In this document: positions 17,785 to 27,628 of the stretch, piece after piece
Layout of the letters: each line of letters begins with the position of its first letter
Numbering within the stretch: position 1 is the stretch's first letter
Source of the DNA: a virus
Lineage: Duplodnaviria; Caudoviricetes
DNA length: 59,875 nt
IMG/VR virus record: IMGVR_UViG_3300023179_008242
Span: 1-59,875 of that record
Strand: one strand, 5' to 3'
Notes under the pieces: generated by a model
The model's input: the letters and a program-made list of their open reading frames with translations, nothing else
What the model was told of the DNA's origin: nothing
Databases searched by the model: none
Position numbers and translations under genes: made by a program

Positions 17785-18341
17785 AACACATCCACGACTC
17801 ATTCCCGGTCACCGAGGAGGAGTACGCCATCCTCGACGACAAGTTCGGCGAGCTCTGCGAGTACCAGGCCTGGCAGCTCATCAAGAAGAACACGAGGAAC
17901 AACCACACGGACAGCCAGGAGGACATAGCCCAGGACATGAGGATCGCGCTGCTGCGAGCCGCGTCGTACTACAAGCGCCAGTGCTACATCGAGGACTGCC
18001 TGGATCTTTGCAAGAAGCAAGCCAAGGACGAGGTCATCAAGTCGGTCGTCCGCCAGCTCGCCGGCCTGTGGAAGAACAAGACCCGCCACGGGGCCAACAA
18101 GCAGAAGTTCGGCCCGCACCAGGAGAAGATGCTCGACAAGCTCGTGAGGAGCCTCGTGCCGCAGAAGCAGAGGCCGAACCGTCGAGCCCCGCTTCGCATG
18201 GACGCCAAGTTCATCACTTACTGCAAGGCGATCACGTGGAACGCCCAGAAGTCGCTTGGCAAGAAGATCACGCGGGAGAAGGGCATCAGGACGGGCATGG
18301 TGTCGCTTTCGGAGTACGACTACCTGGGCGGCAAGGACTGA
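17781..18341 (+). CDS. Putative sigma70 region-2-like factor (gp55-style)
   Basis: EDIAQDMRIALLRAASYY resembles region 2.2; KFITYCKAITWN resembles region 2.3/2.4; no region 4; ATGA coupling with PolA. Confidence 0.5.
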   Translation: MKHIHDSFPVTEEEYAILDDKFGELCEYQAWQLIKKNTRNNHTDSQEDIAQDMRIALLRAASYYKRQCYIEDCLDLCKKQAKDEVIKSVVRQLAGLWKNKTRHGANKQKFGPHQEKMLDKLVRSLVPQKQRPNRRAPLRMDAKFITYCKAITWNAQKSLGKKITREKGIRTGMVSLSEYDYLGGKD

Positions 18342-18344
18342 CCT

Positions 18345-18623
18345 TCAGTCCCAGTGCTCCGTTCCCGACTCGTCGAACCAGTGGAGAACCCATCCCATGG
18401 TCGAGTAATACATCCTGTCGACGCCTATCTTCCCCTCATGCACCTTTCGGTGGCAGTTGGCACAGCACGTTACCACGTTGAGCGGGACGTACTCGCCTCC
18501 CTTCTCCCCCGGCAGAATCCTGTGCACGTCGAGGACGCAGTAGTTGTCCTCGCCGCAGAACTTGCACTTCCCGTCCGACTTCTTCTTGGCGGCCTTGTCG
18601 ACCAGTTTCTTCTTCCTTGGCAC
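18345..18623 (-). CDS. HNH endonuclease
   Basis: CKFCG...LDVHRI.PG..GG.Y...NVVTCCANCHRKVH. Confidence 0.85.
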   Translation of the reverse strand: MPRKKKLVDKAAKKKSDGKCKFCGEDNYCVLDVHRILPGEKGGEYVPLNVVTCCANCHRKVHEGKIGVDRMYYSTMGWVLHWFDESGTEHWD

Positions 18624-18643
18624 GCATTACTCTAGCGAACGGA

Positions 18644-18672
18644 TTGACTAAAAATATGCGGATGATTAGATT
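18644..18672 (+). promoter_or_regulatory. Sigma70-like promoter upstream of the replicative helicase
   Basis: TTGACT-17 nt-TAGATT. Confidence 0.6.
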
Positions 18673-18734
18673 TACGGGCCTGGAGCGTCGACAAGGCGAC
18701 AGGATCCGCCGCTAGATACTGAACGGGAAGCTAA

Positions 18735-20339
18735 TTGAACAGCATGCAGGAAGAAGACGGCGGACTCACGGATGCCGAGATCGCGGAGCTCGAGGGCCTC
18801 ACGAACCCTGACTCCAAGAAGCAGGAGCGGTACCGATGGGACGAGGACTTCCAGCGCACCGTGGTCGGGCTCCTGCTCAACGACCGCTGGTTTGTCAACC
18901 AGTGCCGCGACCTCGTCCTCCCCTCCTACTTCGCTGACGAGCGCCACCAGACGCTCTGTCGCATCCTCTTCGACTACATGGACCAGTACAAGTCCATACC
19001 GCCCAAGACCGTAGTGATTCAGGAGGTCAAGAACCAGACCTCGAACAGGGATCCGGCGATGCAGGCGGAGTACCTCTCCGAGGCCGAGATTGTCTACAAG
19101 AAGTTCGTGCCGGGCCTCGAGACGAGGGAGTACCTGCTCGGCAAGATCGTCAACTTCGCGAAGCTGATGAGCCTCAAGGCCGCCTTCGACAAGTCGATCG
19201 TCATGGTGAAGCGGGACCCGGAGGGCGAGAAGACCTGGAACTCCATACGCGAGGAGCTCCAGAAGGCCCTCATCGTCGAGAGGAACTTCGAGCCCGGCCT
19301 CAACTACTTCGAGACCTTCGAGGAACGCTACGCTAGGATGGCGAACGAGGAGGCCGCCCGCGAGAGGTTCACCAGCGGTTTCGAGATGATCGACGACGCC
19401 CTCCTCGGGGGCGGGTGCCACCGCGGCGAGATATACTCGTGGATAGGGCTCAGCGGCAGCGGCAAGAGCCTCGCCCTCGTCGGCGCTGCCCTCAAGAACG
19501 TCACGCAGCTGGGGAAGAAGGTGCTGTACATCTCCCTTGAGATGGGCGAGGACGCCATAGCGGAGAGGTTCGACGCCCAGATGGCCGACGTCGACATCAA
19601 CAAGCTCCAGGACATGAAGGATCGGGTCAAGTCCGCCTTCGAGGAATTCTCGAGGGACAAGCAGGACAAAAGGATGCTCGTCATCAAGCAGTTCCCCGCT
19701 GGCTCGATGAGCGTGGCCTCGCTCCGCGCCTACATGCAGCAGCTACAGATGGTGGGCTTCGTCCCCGACCTGCTCGTTATAGACTACATCGGCGAGATGA
19801 AGGACTTCCCCGGCATGCCCACCTGGGAGTCGCGCTACAGGATAGTCAGGGACCTCCGCGGCCTCGCCACCGAGGATAATATCTGCATATTCACAGCCAT
19901 GCAGCCGAACAAGGACGCCCGCTCGGCCCAGAATAAGAACTCCACACTCGGCGACGGCGTGATCGACGACACGAACCTTGCCGACTCCTATGGACAGATC
20001 AGACCCCTCGACGGCTGCTGGAGCATCAACCAGATGCAGGCCGAGAAGGAGGCGGGCATCGCGAGGATATTCGTCATCAAGCACCGCCACGGCAAGAGCA
20101 GGTTCACGTGCTGGGCCCAGTTCGACAGGAAGACGCTGCAGATAAGGCAGATCAGCGAGAACAGGTACAACGAAATCTGGAAGGAATACTCTTTCAATAA
20201 GACCGAGCGCGCCTCTGACATGGACAACCAAGTGAAGAGCATAGTCGGAAAGGGTAAGATCAAGGGCTTCTCGTCGGACTCGGGGTACGACGACCCCGAC
20301 CAGCCCGACGAGCGTCCTCCACTGGAAGAAAGGAACTGA
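18735..20339 (+). CDS. Replicative DnaB/gp41-like helicase
   Basis: Walker A GLSGSGKS, YISLEM, LLVIDY, TAMQ, ADS, KHRHG. Confidence 0.9.
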   Translation: MNSMQEEDGGLTDAEIAELEGLTNPDSKKQERYRWDEDFQRTVVGLLLNDRWFVNQCRDLVLPSYFADERHQTLCRILFDYMDQYKSIPPKTVVIQEVKNQTSNRDPAMQAEYLSEAEIVYKKFVPGLETREYLLGKIVNFAKLMSLKAAFDKSIVMVKRDPEGEKTWNSIREELQKALIVERNFEPGLNYFETFEERYARMANEEAARERFTSGFEMIDDALLGGGCHRGEIYSWIGLSGSGKSLALVGAALKNVTQLGKKVLYISLEMGEDAIAERFDAQMADVDINKLQDMKDRVKSAFEEFSRDKQDKRMLVIKQFPAGSMSVASLRAYMQQLQMVGFVPDLLVIDYIGEMKDFPGMPTWESRYRIVRDLRGLATEDNICIFTAMQPNKDARSAQNKNSTLGDGVIDDTNLADSYGQIRPLDGCWSINQMQAEKEAGIARIFVIKHRHGKSRFTCWAQFDRKTLQIRQISENRYNEIWKEYSFNKTERASDMDNQVKSIVGKGKIKGFSSDSGYDDPDQPDERPPLEERN

Positions 20340-20340
20340 A

Positions 20341-20862
20341 ATGGAAGTATCCGACCTCATACCCAAGGCGGACATTGACCGTCTGTCGCCTCACGCCCAG
20401 ACCGTCATCAAGCTCGGGGGGCAGGAGGTTGTGCTGGACAACTCGAGGCTGTCGTTCAACGAGACCAGCCTCAACGCCTTCATGGAAAACCTGGCCCTGT
20501 GGTACGACTACTTCAGCCAGAAGCTCGCCGAGGCGGAGGCCATAATGGCCTACAAGGAGTACGAGTACGACGTGCTCTTCTCCGCCTCCTACGAAAGGAG
20601 CAAGGAGAGCGGGTGCACGGACAAGCTGGCGGAGGCCAACGCCAAGAAGGACCCCAACGTGTGCGATGCCAAGAAGGAGATCATCGGCGCCAAGCACAAG
20701 GTCACGCTCCTCAAGCAACACCTCAAGGCCTGGGACAAGGCGCACGAGAACGCCATGAGCCGCGGCCACATGGTACGCAAGGAGATGGACAAGCTAAACA
20801 CGGACATCGTGTTCAGGAACAAGGACGACCGCGTGGGTGAGATCGTGGGCCGCGGCCAATGA
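20341..20862 (+). CDS. UvsY-like recombination mediator (coiled coil)
   Basis: Helical protein of matching size with a TDK.AEA...DP pattern; located in the helicase/SSB/RecA cluster. Confidence 0.5.
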   Translation: MEVSDLIPKADIDRLSPHAQTVIKLGGQEVVLDNSRLSFNETSLNAFMENLALWYDYFSQKLAEAEAIMAYKEYEYDVLFSASYERSKESGCTDKLAEANAKKDPNVCDAKKEIIGAKHKVTLLKQHLKAWDKAHENAMSRGHMVRKEMDKLNTDIVFRNKDDRVGEIVGRGQ

Positions 20863-21446
20863 ACTACCTGGTCGACCCGGACAACATCACCGACTTCGGT
20901 CTGTCCGACGACGGCCTAGAACTCGTCCTCCTCTTCTGGGTTTGCGCCGCCGGCAAGAAGGCCTCGGTGGCCGCGGCGAACCTGTGCCGACTTCTTGAGG
21001 ATGGCAGGGCTCGGTTCGGAGAGGATTCGCCCTTTTCCATAGTGCTAAGCTTCGGCCACGGCCTCGCCGAGGCCCTGCGATCGCACGGGATAGGTTGTTA
21101 CAACAACAAGTCCCGCTCCATGCTGGAGTTGGCCTCCTCCGGTGTTGATTTGCGCTCCTGCACCGTCGCCGAACTGGAATCGGTGAGGGGAATCGGCCCG
21201 AAGACCGCGAGGTGTTTCCTCATCCACAGCCGAAGGGGCGTTCGGCACGCCGGCTTGGACACCCATGTGCTGAAGTACATGAGGGCCAAAGGAATCGATG
21301 TTCCCAAGTCGACGCCCTCCGGCAGGAGGTACCTAGAACTTGAGGAGATTTTCCTTGGGATGGCGGACTGTTCGGGCAAGTCCGTAGCCGAGTTCGACCT
21401 TGAAATATGGAAGTCCTACAGCTCGGGCGTCGTTCGGAATAGATAG
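20859..21446 (+). CDS. HhH-GPD DNA glycosylase, Ogg (8-oxoguanine) type
   Basis: HhH VRGIGPKTARCFL, LDTHVLKYM, YLELE, FDLEIW. Confidence 0.8.
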   Translation: MNYLVDPDNITDFGLSDDGLELVLLFWVCAAGKKASVAAANLCRLLEDGRARFGEDSPFSIVLSFGHGLAEALRSHGIGCYNNKSRSMLELASSGVDLRSCTVAELESVRGIGPKTARCFLIHSRRGVRHAGLDTHVLKYMRAKGIDVPKSTPSGRRYLELEEIFLGMADCSGKSVAEFDLEIWKSYSSGVVRNR

Positions 21447-21480
21447 ACTAGAAAAAGCCCCTTCGTCCATAAATACGTCT

Positions 21481-21855
21481 ATGGATATCAAAATAAGCGA
21501 ACTTCCCGCCGGCGTGGCGACGCCCGATGCCGTGGTGCCCGCGACGAACGCGGAGGACACCCTCACGGAGAAGATCACCTTGGGGGACATAGCGGGTTTG
21601 GTCGGAGCCGAGTCGCAAGGCATTCAGGGAACGCAAGGAACCACGGGCATTCAAGGCCCTATCGGTTTGCAAGGGACAACGGGCGCTCAAGGCACAATTG
21701 GAATTCAAGGCTCCACAGTTCTAGACGGCTCGTCATTTAGCAATCCGTCTGGTATCAACGGAGCCACGGCGATCACCAACATCGTCGCCATCTCGCAGGC
21801 GAACTACGACCAGTTGTCTACGAAAAATTCAACCACGCTTCACGTGATCACCTGA
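21481..21855 (+). CDS. Short collagen-like (G-x-y) fibre or structural protein
   Basis: KISELP start; QGIQGTQGTTGIQG repeats; ISQANYDQL..K..TTLHVI C-terminus; ATAAATA 5 nt upstream. Confidence 0.7.
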   Translation: MDIKISELPAGVATPDAVVPATNAEDTLTEKITLGDIAGLVGAESQGIQGTQGTTGIQGPIGLQGTTGAQGTIGIQGSTVLDGSSFSNPSGINGATAITNIVAISQANYDQLSTKNSTTLHVIT

Positions 21856-21857
21856 TT

Positions 21858-22520
21858 ATGACACAAAAACTCGGAACGGCGTTTGCTGATCTTGCCGACG
21901 GCGGCCCTTTCGCCGCCGCGGCCGCGGAAGTTGCAAGGAGGATCGGAGCCCAAGGCATATCTTCTCGTGCGCTTCTGGGGGGCATGCGTCTCATAGACGA
22001 GTCCTCGAGGCTCACGGGACAGTACCAGGACCCCAACTACCTCCCCATGTACTACCACATGGGGAGGGTCTTCGATCCCAAGAGGGTGCTCTGCGTGGGC
22101 CTGAACCTCGGCTTGCATGTAAGCTGCCTTCTTCGGGGATGCCGAAGCCCCGAGTCGGCCGTGTGCGTCGAGTCCCCGTCTGAATCTTTCTATTCGCCTC
22201 GGCTGGCCGTTTCGAACATCAAGTCCGCCGCCGGCAGGAGGTTTCCCGTTCGGGTTCACGTCGGCGACCTGCACGACCCGTCTCTTGCGAATTCGTGCCG
22301 GGGCACCGACATGGCCGCCGTCACCTACGAGATGGGGAGCGACGAGCTCATGCATTGCATGGACTTCTGCTGGGCCTCCCTGTCGAACGGCGGCGTGATG
22401 TGCGTCGACCGCCTGTCGCACAAGGACTCAAGGGCCGTCTTCGATGACTTCTGTCGAGCCAAGGGCGCCAGCCCGTTCTTTCTCGCCACCCGCGACGGCT
22501 CCGGGATCGTGGAGAGGTAG
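21858..22520 (+). CDS. Class I SAM methyltransferase-like protein (degenerate)
   Basis: PKRVLCVGLNLG (motif I-like); LSNGGVMCVD. Confidence 0.45.
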   Translation: MTQKLGTAFADLADGGPFAAAAAEVARRIGAQGISSRALLGGMRLIDESSRLTGQYQDPNYLPMYYHMGRVFDPKRVLCVGLNLGLHVSCLLRGCRSPESAVCVESPSESFYSPRLAVSNIKSAAGRRFPVRVHVGDLHDPSLANSCRGTDMAAVTYEMGSDELMHCMDFCWASLSNGGVMCVDRLSHKDSRAVFDDFCRAKGASPFFLATRDGSGIVER

Positions 22521-22532
22521 CTAGTTTAGTCC

Positions 22533-23258
22533 ATGGGATACGAGATCATCTACAGGTACAAGGAGGCGACCGAGGTCCCGGGCGTCTACTCCGAAGAGGT
22601 CAAGGAGCGGAGCGCCAAGATCGGCAAGGTGACGGAGGACGTCGGGCTCGACGCGCTGGCGGCGAAGATCATGACCCAGCTCGCCCGCAGGAACGTGCTG
22701 ATCGTCGACGTCGAGATATACGAGTACGCGAGGAAGCGGGTGTCGTACAGGGAGACCGCCTCGGGCATCGTCATCAAGAATAAGAAGTTCTCGTTCGACT
22801 CCGGGGCGGTGGTGGAGACGGGCGAGTTCGAGGAGCCCGCCGCTGAAGCCTCGCCCCTGGAGGACTTCAAGCCCCTCCCCTCCCCGTCCAAGGAGGCGGC
22901 GGACAGGTCGTGCCCCGTCGCCGCGAGGAACCTGGCCAGGAGGCCGCTTCGCCACGAGCGATACGACCCGGATCCGATGTCCGCGATCAAGGCCAAGCAG
23001 AAGGGACTTCGGTTCACGCCTGGCAAGCAGTACCCCATATGGTCGGAGAAGTCCATGGGTACTATCCTTCTCTATTCCACAACCGACGACGCGGGCCGCG
23101 ACGTGGACGCAAGCGCAGAGTACTTCGTAGCCATAGGCTCCGGGCTAGTCCAGCAGGACGAAGGTCCGACCTACGTGGGGGCGGAGGACCGCAAGGAGGA
23201 GGTGAACCTGTGGGGGAACTACGAGCACGTGGACATGCCTGACATAAGGAGAAAGTGA
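22533..23258 (+). CDS. Hypothetical protein
   Basis: Strong GC3 coding bias; in operon context. Confidence 0.75.
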   Translation: MGYEIIYRYKEATEVPGVYSEEVKERSAKIGKVTEDVGLDALAAKIMTQLARRNVLIVDVEIYEYARKRVSYRETASGIVIKNKKFSFDSGAVVETGEFEEPAAEASPLEDFKPLPSPSKEAADRSCPVAARNLARRPLRHERYDPDPMSAIKAKQKGLRFTPGKQYPIWSEKSMGTILLYSTTDDAGRDVDASAEYFVAIGSGLVQQDEGPTYVGAEDRKEEVNLWGNYEHVDMPDIRRK

Positions 23259-23683
23259 TGCCAACCAAGAAGCAGATGCAGAAGAAGAAGGCCAGGGAGC
23301 TCAAGGGCAAGGCCAGGGCGGCGGCGAGGAGGCACAAGCTGCACGCGGCCTCCAAGGAGGAGCGACGCAGGGCGAGCCTCGACAGGAAGTTCAGGGACAA
23401 GATCGCCCCCATAGTCAACGACCCGGAGAAGAAGAAGGCCGCGGAGGAGGCCGATAAGAAGAGGGTCTTGGAACGGCTCCAAAGGAATGCCGAGATACTC
23501 AAGGCGCTAGAGGACGAGTACGAGCGAGACGCGGCCCAGAAAAAGGCGATCAACGACAGTCTAGAGGCCGAAGGGCACCACACGCTAAAGGAGAAGTTCG
23601 GGGCTCTGGAGGCGAAGGCCAGGGCTGCCAGTGCAGATTCGGGTCTAGAGGGACAATTGGACACCACCCAGCCTTCCGAATGA
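23255..23683 (+). CDS. Basic coiled-coil hypothetical protein
   Basis: K/R/E-rich; start overlaps the upstream stop. Confidence 0.7.
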   Translation: MMPTKKQMQKKKARELKGKARAAARRHKLHAASKEERRRASLDRKFRDKIAPIVNDPEKKKAAEEADKKRVLERLQRNAEILKALEDEYERDAAQKKAINDSLEAEGHHTLKEKFGALEAKARAASADSGLEGQLDTTQPSE

Positions 23684-23709
23684 ATTCTGAAAAAATCCGC
23701 TAAAGTCTA

Positions 23710-23738
23710 TTGACCGTTTCTCCGATCTTATGTATAAC
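23710..23738 (+). promoter_or_regulatory. Sigma70-like promoter upstream of SSB
   Basis: TTGACC-17 nt-TATAAC. Confidence 0.55.
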
Positions 23739-23796
23739 ATGTTGACGCGGCACGGAAGTGTCGCCGAAACCTTAACCTTTACAACGGAGAAATGAC

Positions 23797-24732
23797 ATGG
23801 GACTTGATCTTGGATCACTTCAGAACGACTATAAGACGCTCAAGGCGGCTGAGGGCGGCGGTGGGTCTTTCCTTGAGAACTTTGTGAGGATGCCGGAGGG
23901 CAAGGGAAGCGTTGTGATGCGCCTCCTCCCGCCAGCCCCCAAGGGCGCCTTCGGCAGGGATGATAACCCCTTCTACCTCGTCACCGCCCTCCACAGGGTG
24001 AACGGCAAGAGCCTGCACGACATACGGGACTATGTTAATGGCAAGTGGGTCGGACGCAATCCGATCTGCGAGTACATGCGGCACCTCTGGAAGGAAAGCG
24101 AGCAGGCTGCGCCCGCGGAGGCAGAGCAGAAGAGGAACCTCTATCGGCAGATCAAGCCGATCGAGAGGTACTACTACAACGTCATCGTCCGCGAGGAGCG
24201 GTCGGAGGACGGCACGGTCAAGAAGAACGTCGGCCCGAAGATTCTCTCCGTGGGCAAGACCGTCCACGAGATCATCTTGAGGGGCATCCTCGGCGACAAG
24301 GAGATGAACCAGGACAGGCTCGGCGACGTGACCGACTTCAAGGCCGGCTACGACTTCAAGCTCGTCAAGACCATCCGCAAGTCGGGCGACCAGAGTTTCC
24401 CGAACTACGAGAGCTCGCACTTCCTTGATCAGAGCCCCGCCGGCGACCCCGACGAGTGCAAGCGGTGGATGGAGAACCTCCACGACCTCAAGGCCCTCAG
24501 GATTCTGAAGACCTACGAGGAGTTGGAGCACGAGCTCCTCGTCCATCTCGGCCTCAAGCAGGAGACCGAGGGAGGCTTCGATCCCACGAAGTACGTCGGC
24601 CGCTCCGCTGCCGCCGAAACGAAGGCTCCCGTCGCGCCGGCCCCGGTCGCCGCCGCGGTCGCCCACGAGTCGGACTCTGACGATTCCGACGCCGACGAGG
24701 ACTTCCTCGAGGAGCTCAGGAAGCTCGGCTGA
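23797..24732 (+). CDS. T4 gp32-like single-stranded DNA-binding protein
   Basis: MRLLP, NPICE, RYYYNV, GPKILSVGK, GYDFKL, FPNYESS; acidic tail DSDDSDADEDFLEEL. Confidence 0.85.
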   Translation: MGLDLGSLQNDYKTLKAAEGGGGSFLENFVRMPEGKGSVVMRLLPPAPKGAFGRDDNPFYLVTALHRVNGKSLHDIRDYVNGKWVGRNPICEYMRHLWKESEQAAPAEAEQKRNLYRQIKPIERYYYNVIVREERSEDGTVKKNVGPKILSVGKTVHEIILRGILGDKEMNQDRLGDVTDFKAGYDFKLVKTIRKSGDQSFPNYESSHFLDQSPAGDPDECKRWMENLHDLKALRILKTYEELEHELLVHLGLKQETEGGFDPTKYVGRSAAAETKAPVAPAPVAAAVAHESDSDDSDADEDFLEELRKLG

Positions 24733-24749
24733 TTCTTTTCTGTCGGAAC

Positions 24750-24785
24750 GGCGTCCCCTGTGGCAATCGGGCCACAGGGGACGCC
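24750..24785 (+). terminator. Perfect 15-bp hairpin between SSB and RecA
   Basis: ggcgtcccctgtggc / gccacaggggacgcc with a 6-nt loop; weak U-tract. Confidence 0.6.
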
Positions 24786-24820
24786 CTATTCCCGCCATTC
24801 GAACACTGAAGGAGACCATC

Positions 24821-26011
24821 ATGGCCAAGGCCAAGAAGAACGAGGATGCGATTCTGGACGAGATACTCTCGTCCACTGGCGGCGAGACCCTGCGCAACGC
24901 GGGCATAGTTCCTTACTATGTCAACACCGGCAACCTCGCCATCAACTACGCCTGCAGCGGAAAGTTCGTCAAGGGAGGCTTTCCGGGCGGACGCATCATC
25001 GAGGCCTTCGGCCCGGAGGCCTCGGGCAAGTCGTTCCTCGGCTACTGTTTCCTGGGAGCAATCCAGAATCAGGGCGGCATAGCGGTTCTCCTTGATTGCG
25101 AGAGGTCCAGCGGCAGCGAGTTCGCGGAGAGGTGTGGGCATGTGAACCCGGACAAGCTCATCGTGTACAGCCCGGTCACCCTCCAGCAGGTCGAGAAGCA
25201 GATAATCTCTGTGGTGAGGGCGATAAGGTCGAAGTTCCCCGACAAGCCGATCGGCATAGTCTGGGACAGCATCGGCGTGAACCCCACGGAGCGCGAGTTC
25301 AGCGAGGTCGAGCTCCCCGACAACCCCACCAAGGCCCAGATCGACGCGGTCGGCCAGGAGCGCCCCGGCGAGCGGGCCAAGTTCGCGAACAAGATTCTGA
25401 GGAGTCTGAACCCGTTCCTCAACGACAACGACGCCACCCTGTACGTCATCAACCAGGTGCGCAAGAAGATCGGCGTTATCTACGGAAACGACGAGACGAC
25501 CAGCGGAGGAGGCGAGGCCCTCAAGTTCTACGCCTCCCTCAGGTTCAGGACCGGCGCCCCCAAGTCGTTCCAGGACAAGGACACGAAGCTGTCCCTCGGG
25601 GTCAACATGACGATTGCCAACAAGAAGAATCGTCACTTCACCCCGGGCATAAAGGTCGAGAACGTCCCTCTCTTCTTCGATTCCGGCATCAACCCTCTCG
25701 GCGGCCTGCTTGACGCCCTCCTTATGGCGAAGCGGGTGGAGCCCGCGAAGGGGGCTGGCAAGTATGCGGTGCTCGCTCCTTGGAACGGCGGCGACGATGG
25801 GGCAACATTCCAACAGGCGAAGTCCGCTCCGTTCGACTCTTCCATACTCATGAAGTATCCGGCGCTCGTCGACGCAGAGAGCCCGGAGGAGGTGTCCGAA
25901 TATCTCAAGGAGTGGTCGGCGGCGATAGCGCTCACCAACAGCGACAGCGTGGAGCAGATCGACACCCACCAGGATGTCGGGCACCTTATCGGCTCGAAGG
26001 ACGAGGACTGA
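24821..26011 (+). CDS. recA: RecA/UvsX-like recombinase
   Basis: GRIIEAFGPEASGKS, VWDS, INQVR, TTSGGGEALKFYASLR, KNR. Confidence 0.92.
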   Translation: MAKAKKNEDAILDEILSSTGGETLRNAGIVPYYVNTGNLAINYACSGKFVKGGFPGGRIIEAFGPEASGKSFLGYCFLGAIQNQGGIAVLLDCERSSGSEFAERCGHVNPDKLIVYSPVTLQQVEKQIISVVRAIRSKFPDKPIGIVWDSIGVNPTEREFSEVELPDNPTKAQIDAVGQERPGERAKFANKILRSLNPFLNDNDATLYVINQVRKKIGVIYGNDETTSGGGEALKFYASLRFRTGAPKSFQDKDTKLSLGVNMTIANKKNRHFTPGIKVENVPLFFDSGINPLGGLLDALLMAKRVEPAKGAGKYAVLAPWNGGDDGATFQQAKSAPFDSSILMKYPALVDAESPEEVSEYLKEWSAAIALTNSDSVEQIDTHQDVGHLIGSKDED

Positions 26012-26020
26012 GGCTCCGCC

Positions 26021-26275
26021 CTAGCGCTTGCGTTGTTTTGGCTTGGCCTGGCCTTCGGCCTTGAATTTTACATTCGCCGTCCTGTGCGACTTGTCGCACA
26101 CCGCTGACACCAGGCTGGATATGCCTGCCAGCTGCGACCTTTTGAGTTCGGCCCTCACGACTTGGGTCTTCGCCCCGAAGGCGCGGCAGTACTCTCCGAG
26201 CATTTTCCTGCAGGCAATCGGCAGGAAGAATCGCTTCCTGTCGGAGGTCTCTACCATGAGGCACTTCACAGACAT
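26021..26275 (-). CDS. Small hypothetical protein
   Basis: MSVKCLMVETSDRKRFF after GAGG-rich RBS. Confidence 0.55.
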   Translation of the reverse strand: MSVKCLMVETSDRKRFFLPIACRKMLGEYCRAFGAKTQVVRAELKRSQLAGISSLVSAVCDKSHRTANVKFKAEGQAKPKQRKR

Positions 26276-26438
26276 TTTGCTCCCCTCCTCTCTGCCATTC
26301 CGTTCGCCCAACTAAATTAGACCAACCGCGGGCGTATTGCCAAACCGCCAAAAAACAGTCCATTAAACGGGCGTTTTTGGACAAACCGGTCGCTTTTATT
26401 CAGTCTCTCCGGGATACATATTGCAGAGGGCACAGGCC

Positions 26439-26888
26439 ATGTCGAACTTCGACGCCAGACTAGACAACTTGAGGAATCTTTCCCGCGACCTGGTGCCGTA
26501 CAACTTCCCGCTTGGCCCTGTCGAACTGGAATACTATCTTTCGCCCCTGAAAAGGTCCGAGGCTGAGGCGGACGGATACTCCCTCGTCTTTCACTTCAAC
26601 AGGGCGGCATACAACGACCACTATCTCGAGTCGTTCCAGGTCTACAACAAATACGCCCCGTTCCTCCCTTTCTCTCTGGTTACGAAGCTGGCCAAGAAGG
26701 CGTTGGGGCCGCACCAGCTCGCCCTCGTCGAGTTCTACCAAGAAGACAAGAAGGTCTACTGCTGGAGCGTCTGCCTCGACTCTAGGGGCCGGCCGATAGC
26801 TTCGCCCATGAAGGAGAGGACTGAAACGCGGGAGTTCGAGGGCCTCAGATATGCCTACATGAGGCCCGAACAATTGAATCTGTATTGA
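26439..26888 (+). CDS. Hypothetical protein
   Basis: ORF with coding bias; ATACATA upstream. Confidence 0.65.
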   Translation: MSNFDARLDNLRNLSRDLVPYNFPLGPVELEYYLSPLKRSEAEADGYSLVFHFNRAAYNDHYLESFQVYNKYAPFLPFSLVTKLAKKALGPHQLALVEFYQEDKKVYCWSVCLDSRGRPIASPMKERTETREFEGLRYAYMRPEQLNLY

Positions 26889-26921
26889 GCACCGACCCCT
26901 TAATTCAGGAGGTTTTCAACC

Positions 26922-27227
26922 ATGAATTCGGCCGCCAAGAACAAGATACAGAGACTGCTCGTCGAGTACCTGCTCAAGGAGGGCACGCTGGAGCTCGCCC
27001 TCCCGAGCGGGATGGTTCTCGAGGTCGGCGTCACGCAGGAGAACAGGCACGGCGACCAGGAGATAACCCCGGATTACTGCTGGGTGGTGGCATCCCAGAG
27101 AAACCGTTCGGTCTCCATAGACAGGTACAACCTAGGGCTAAGGTACCGCGGCGACAGGGAGATGGTGTGCCAGCAGTCCATCCTTGACGACGACGGAACG
27201 AGCGTCAACATACTTGATGTTCTTTAG
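26922..27227 (+). CDS. Hypothetical protein
   Basis: AGGAGG RBS; 101 aa. Confidence 0.7.
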   Translation: MNSAAKNKIQRLLVEYLLKEGTLELALPSGMVLEVGVTQENRHGDQEITPDYCWVVASQRNRSVSIDRYNLGLRYRGDREMVCQQSILDDDGTSVNILDVL

Positions 27228-27236
27228 AAATACGTA

Positions 27237-27265
27237 TTGACCGCTGCATCAATCTGCATTATTCT
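27237..27265 (+). promoter_or_regulatory. Sigma70-like promoter
   Basis: TTGACC-17 nt-TATTCT. Confidence 0.55.
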
Positions 27266-27332
27266 AAATAAGTGTCGCGATCGACGCACATGTGTGCCGT
27301 CGTGGTTCGGCTCATCGCAGTGGGGATCAAAC

Positions 27333-27608
27333 ATGGTTCAGTCAAAGAAGAGGGTCGGGAAGTCGGAGACGGTTCTTGTGAAGGAGTTCTGTGCCAGGGC
27401 CGGGGACGAGGACTTGCGAACCCTTGCGGATCTCCTGCCTCAGACTATGGCGTTCGACAGGTCGATTGCCTGCGCCATACTGCAGCGGGACAACCAAGTC
27501 GACCGGTGGCTTGCCCAGGCCACGGGGGCCGACGACTGGTTCGTGCGAATCGACTCTATCGGCGACGCGGCCGCCGCCGAGCTTGATCGAAGATCCTCGA
27601 AGAAATAG
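27333..27608 (+). CDS. Hypothetical protein
   Basis: MVQSKKRVG start downstream of the promoter. Confidence 0.65.
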   Translation: MVQSKKRVGKSETVLVKEFCARAGDEDLRTLADLLPQTMAFDRSIACAILQRDNQVDRWLAQATGADDWFVRIDSIGDAAAAELDRRSSKK

Positions 27609-27628
27609 GGACGCGGGAACCACCCCTT

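Noticed and set aside
27270-27320. tRNA-like element
   Set aside because: Only a short hairpin; no cloverleaf, T-loop context or CCA end.
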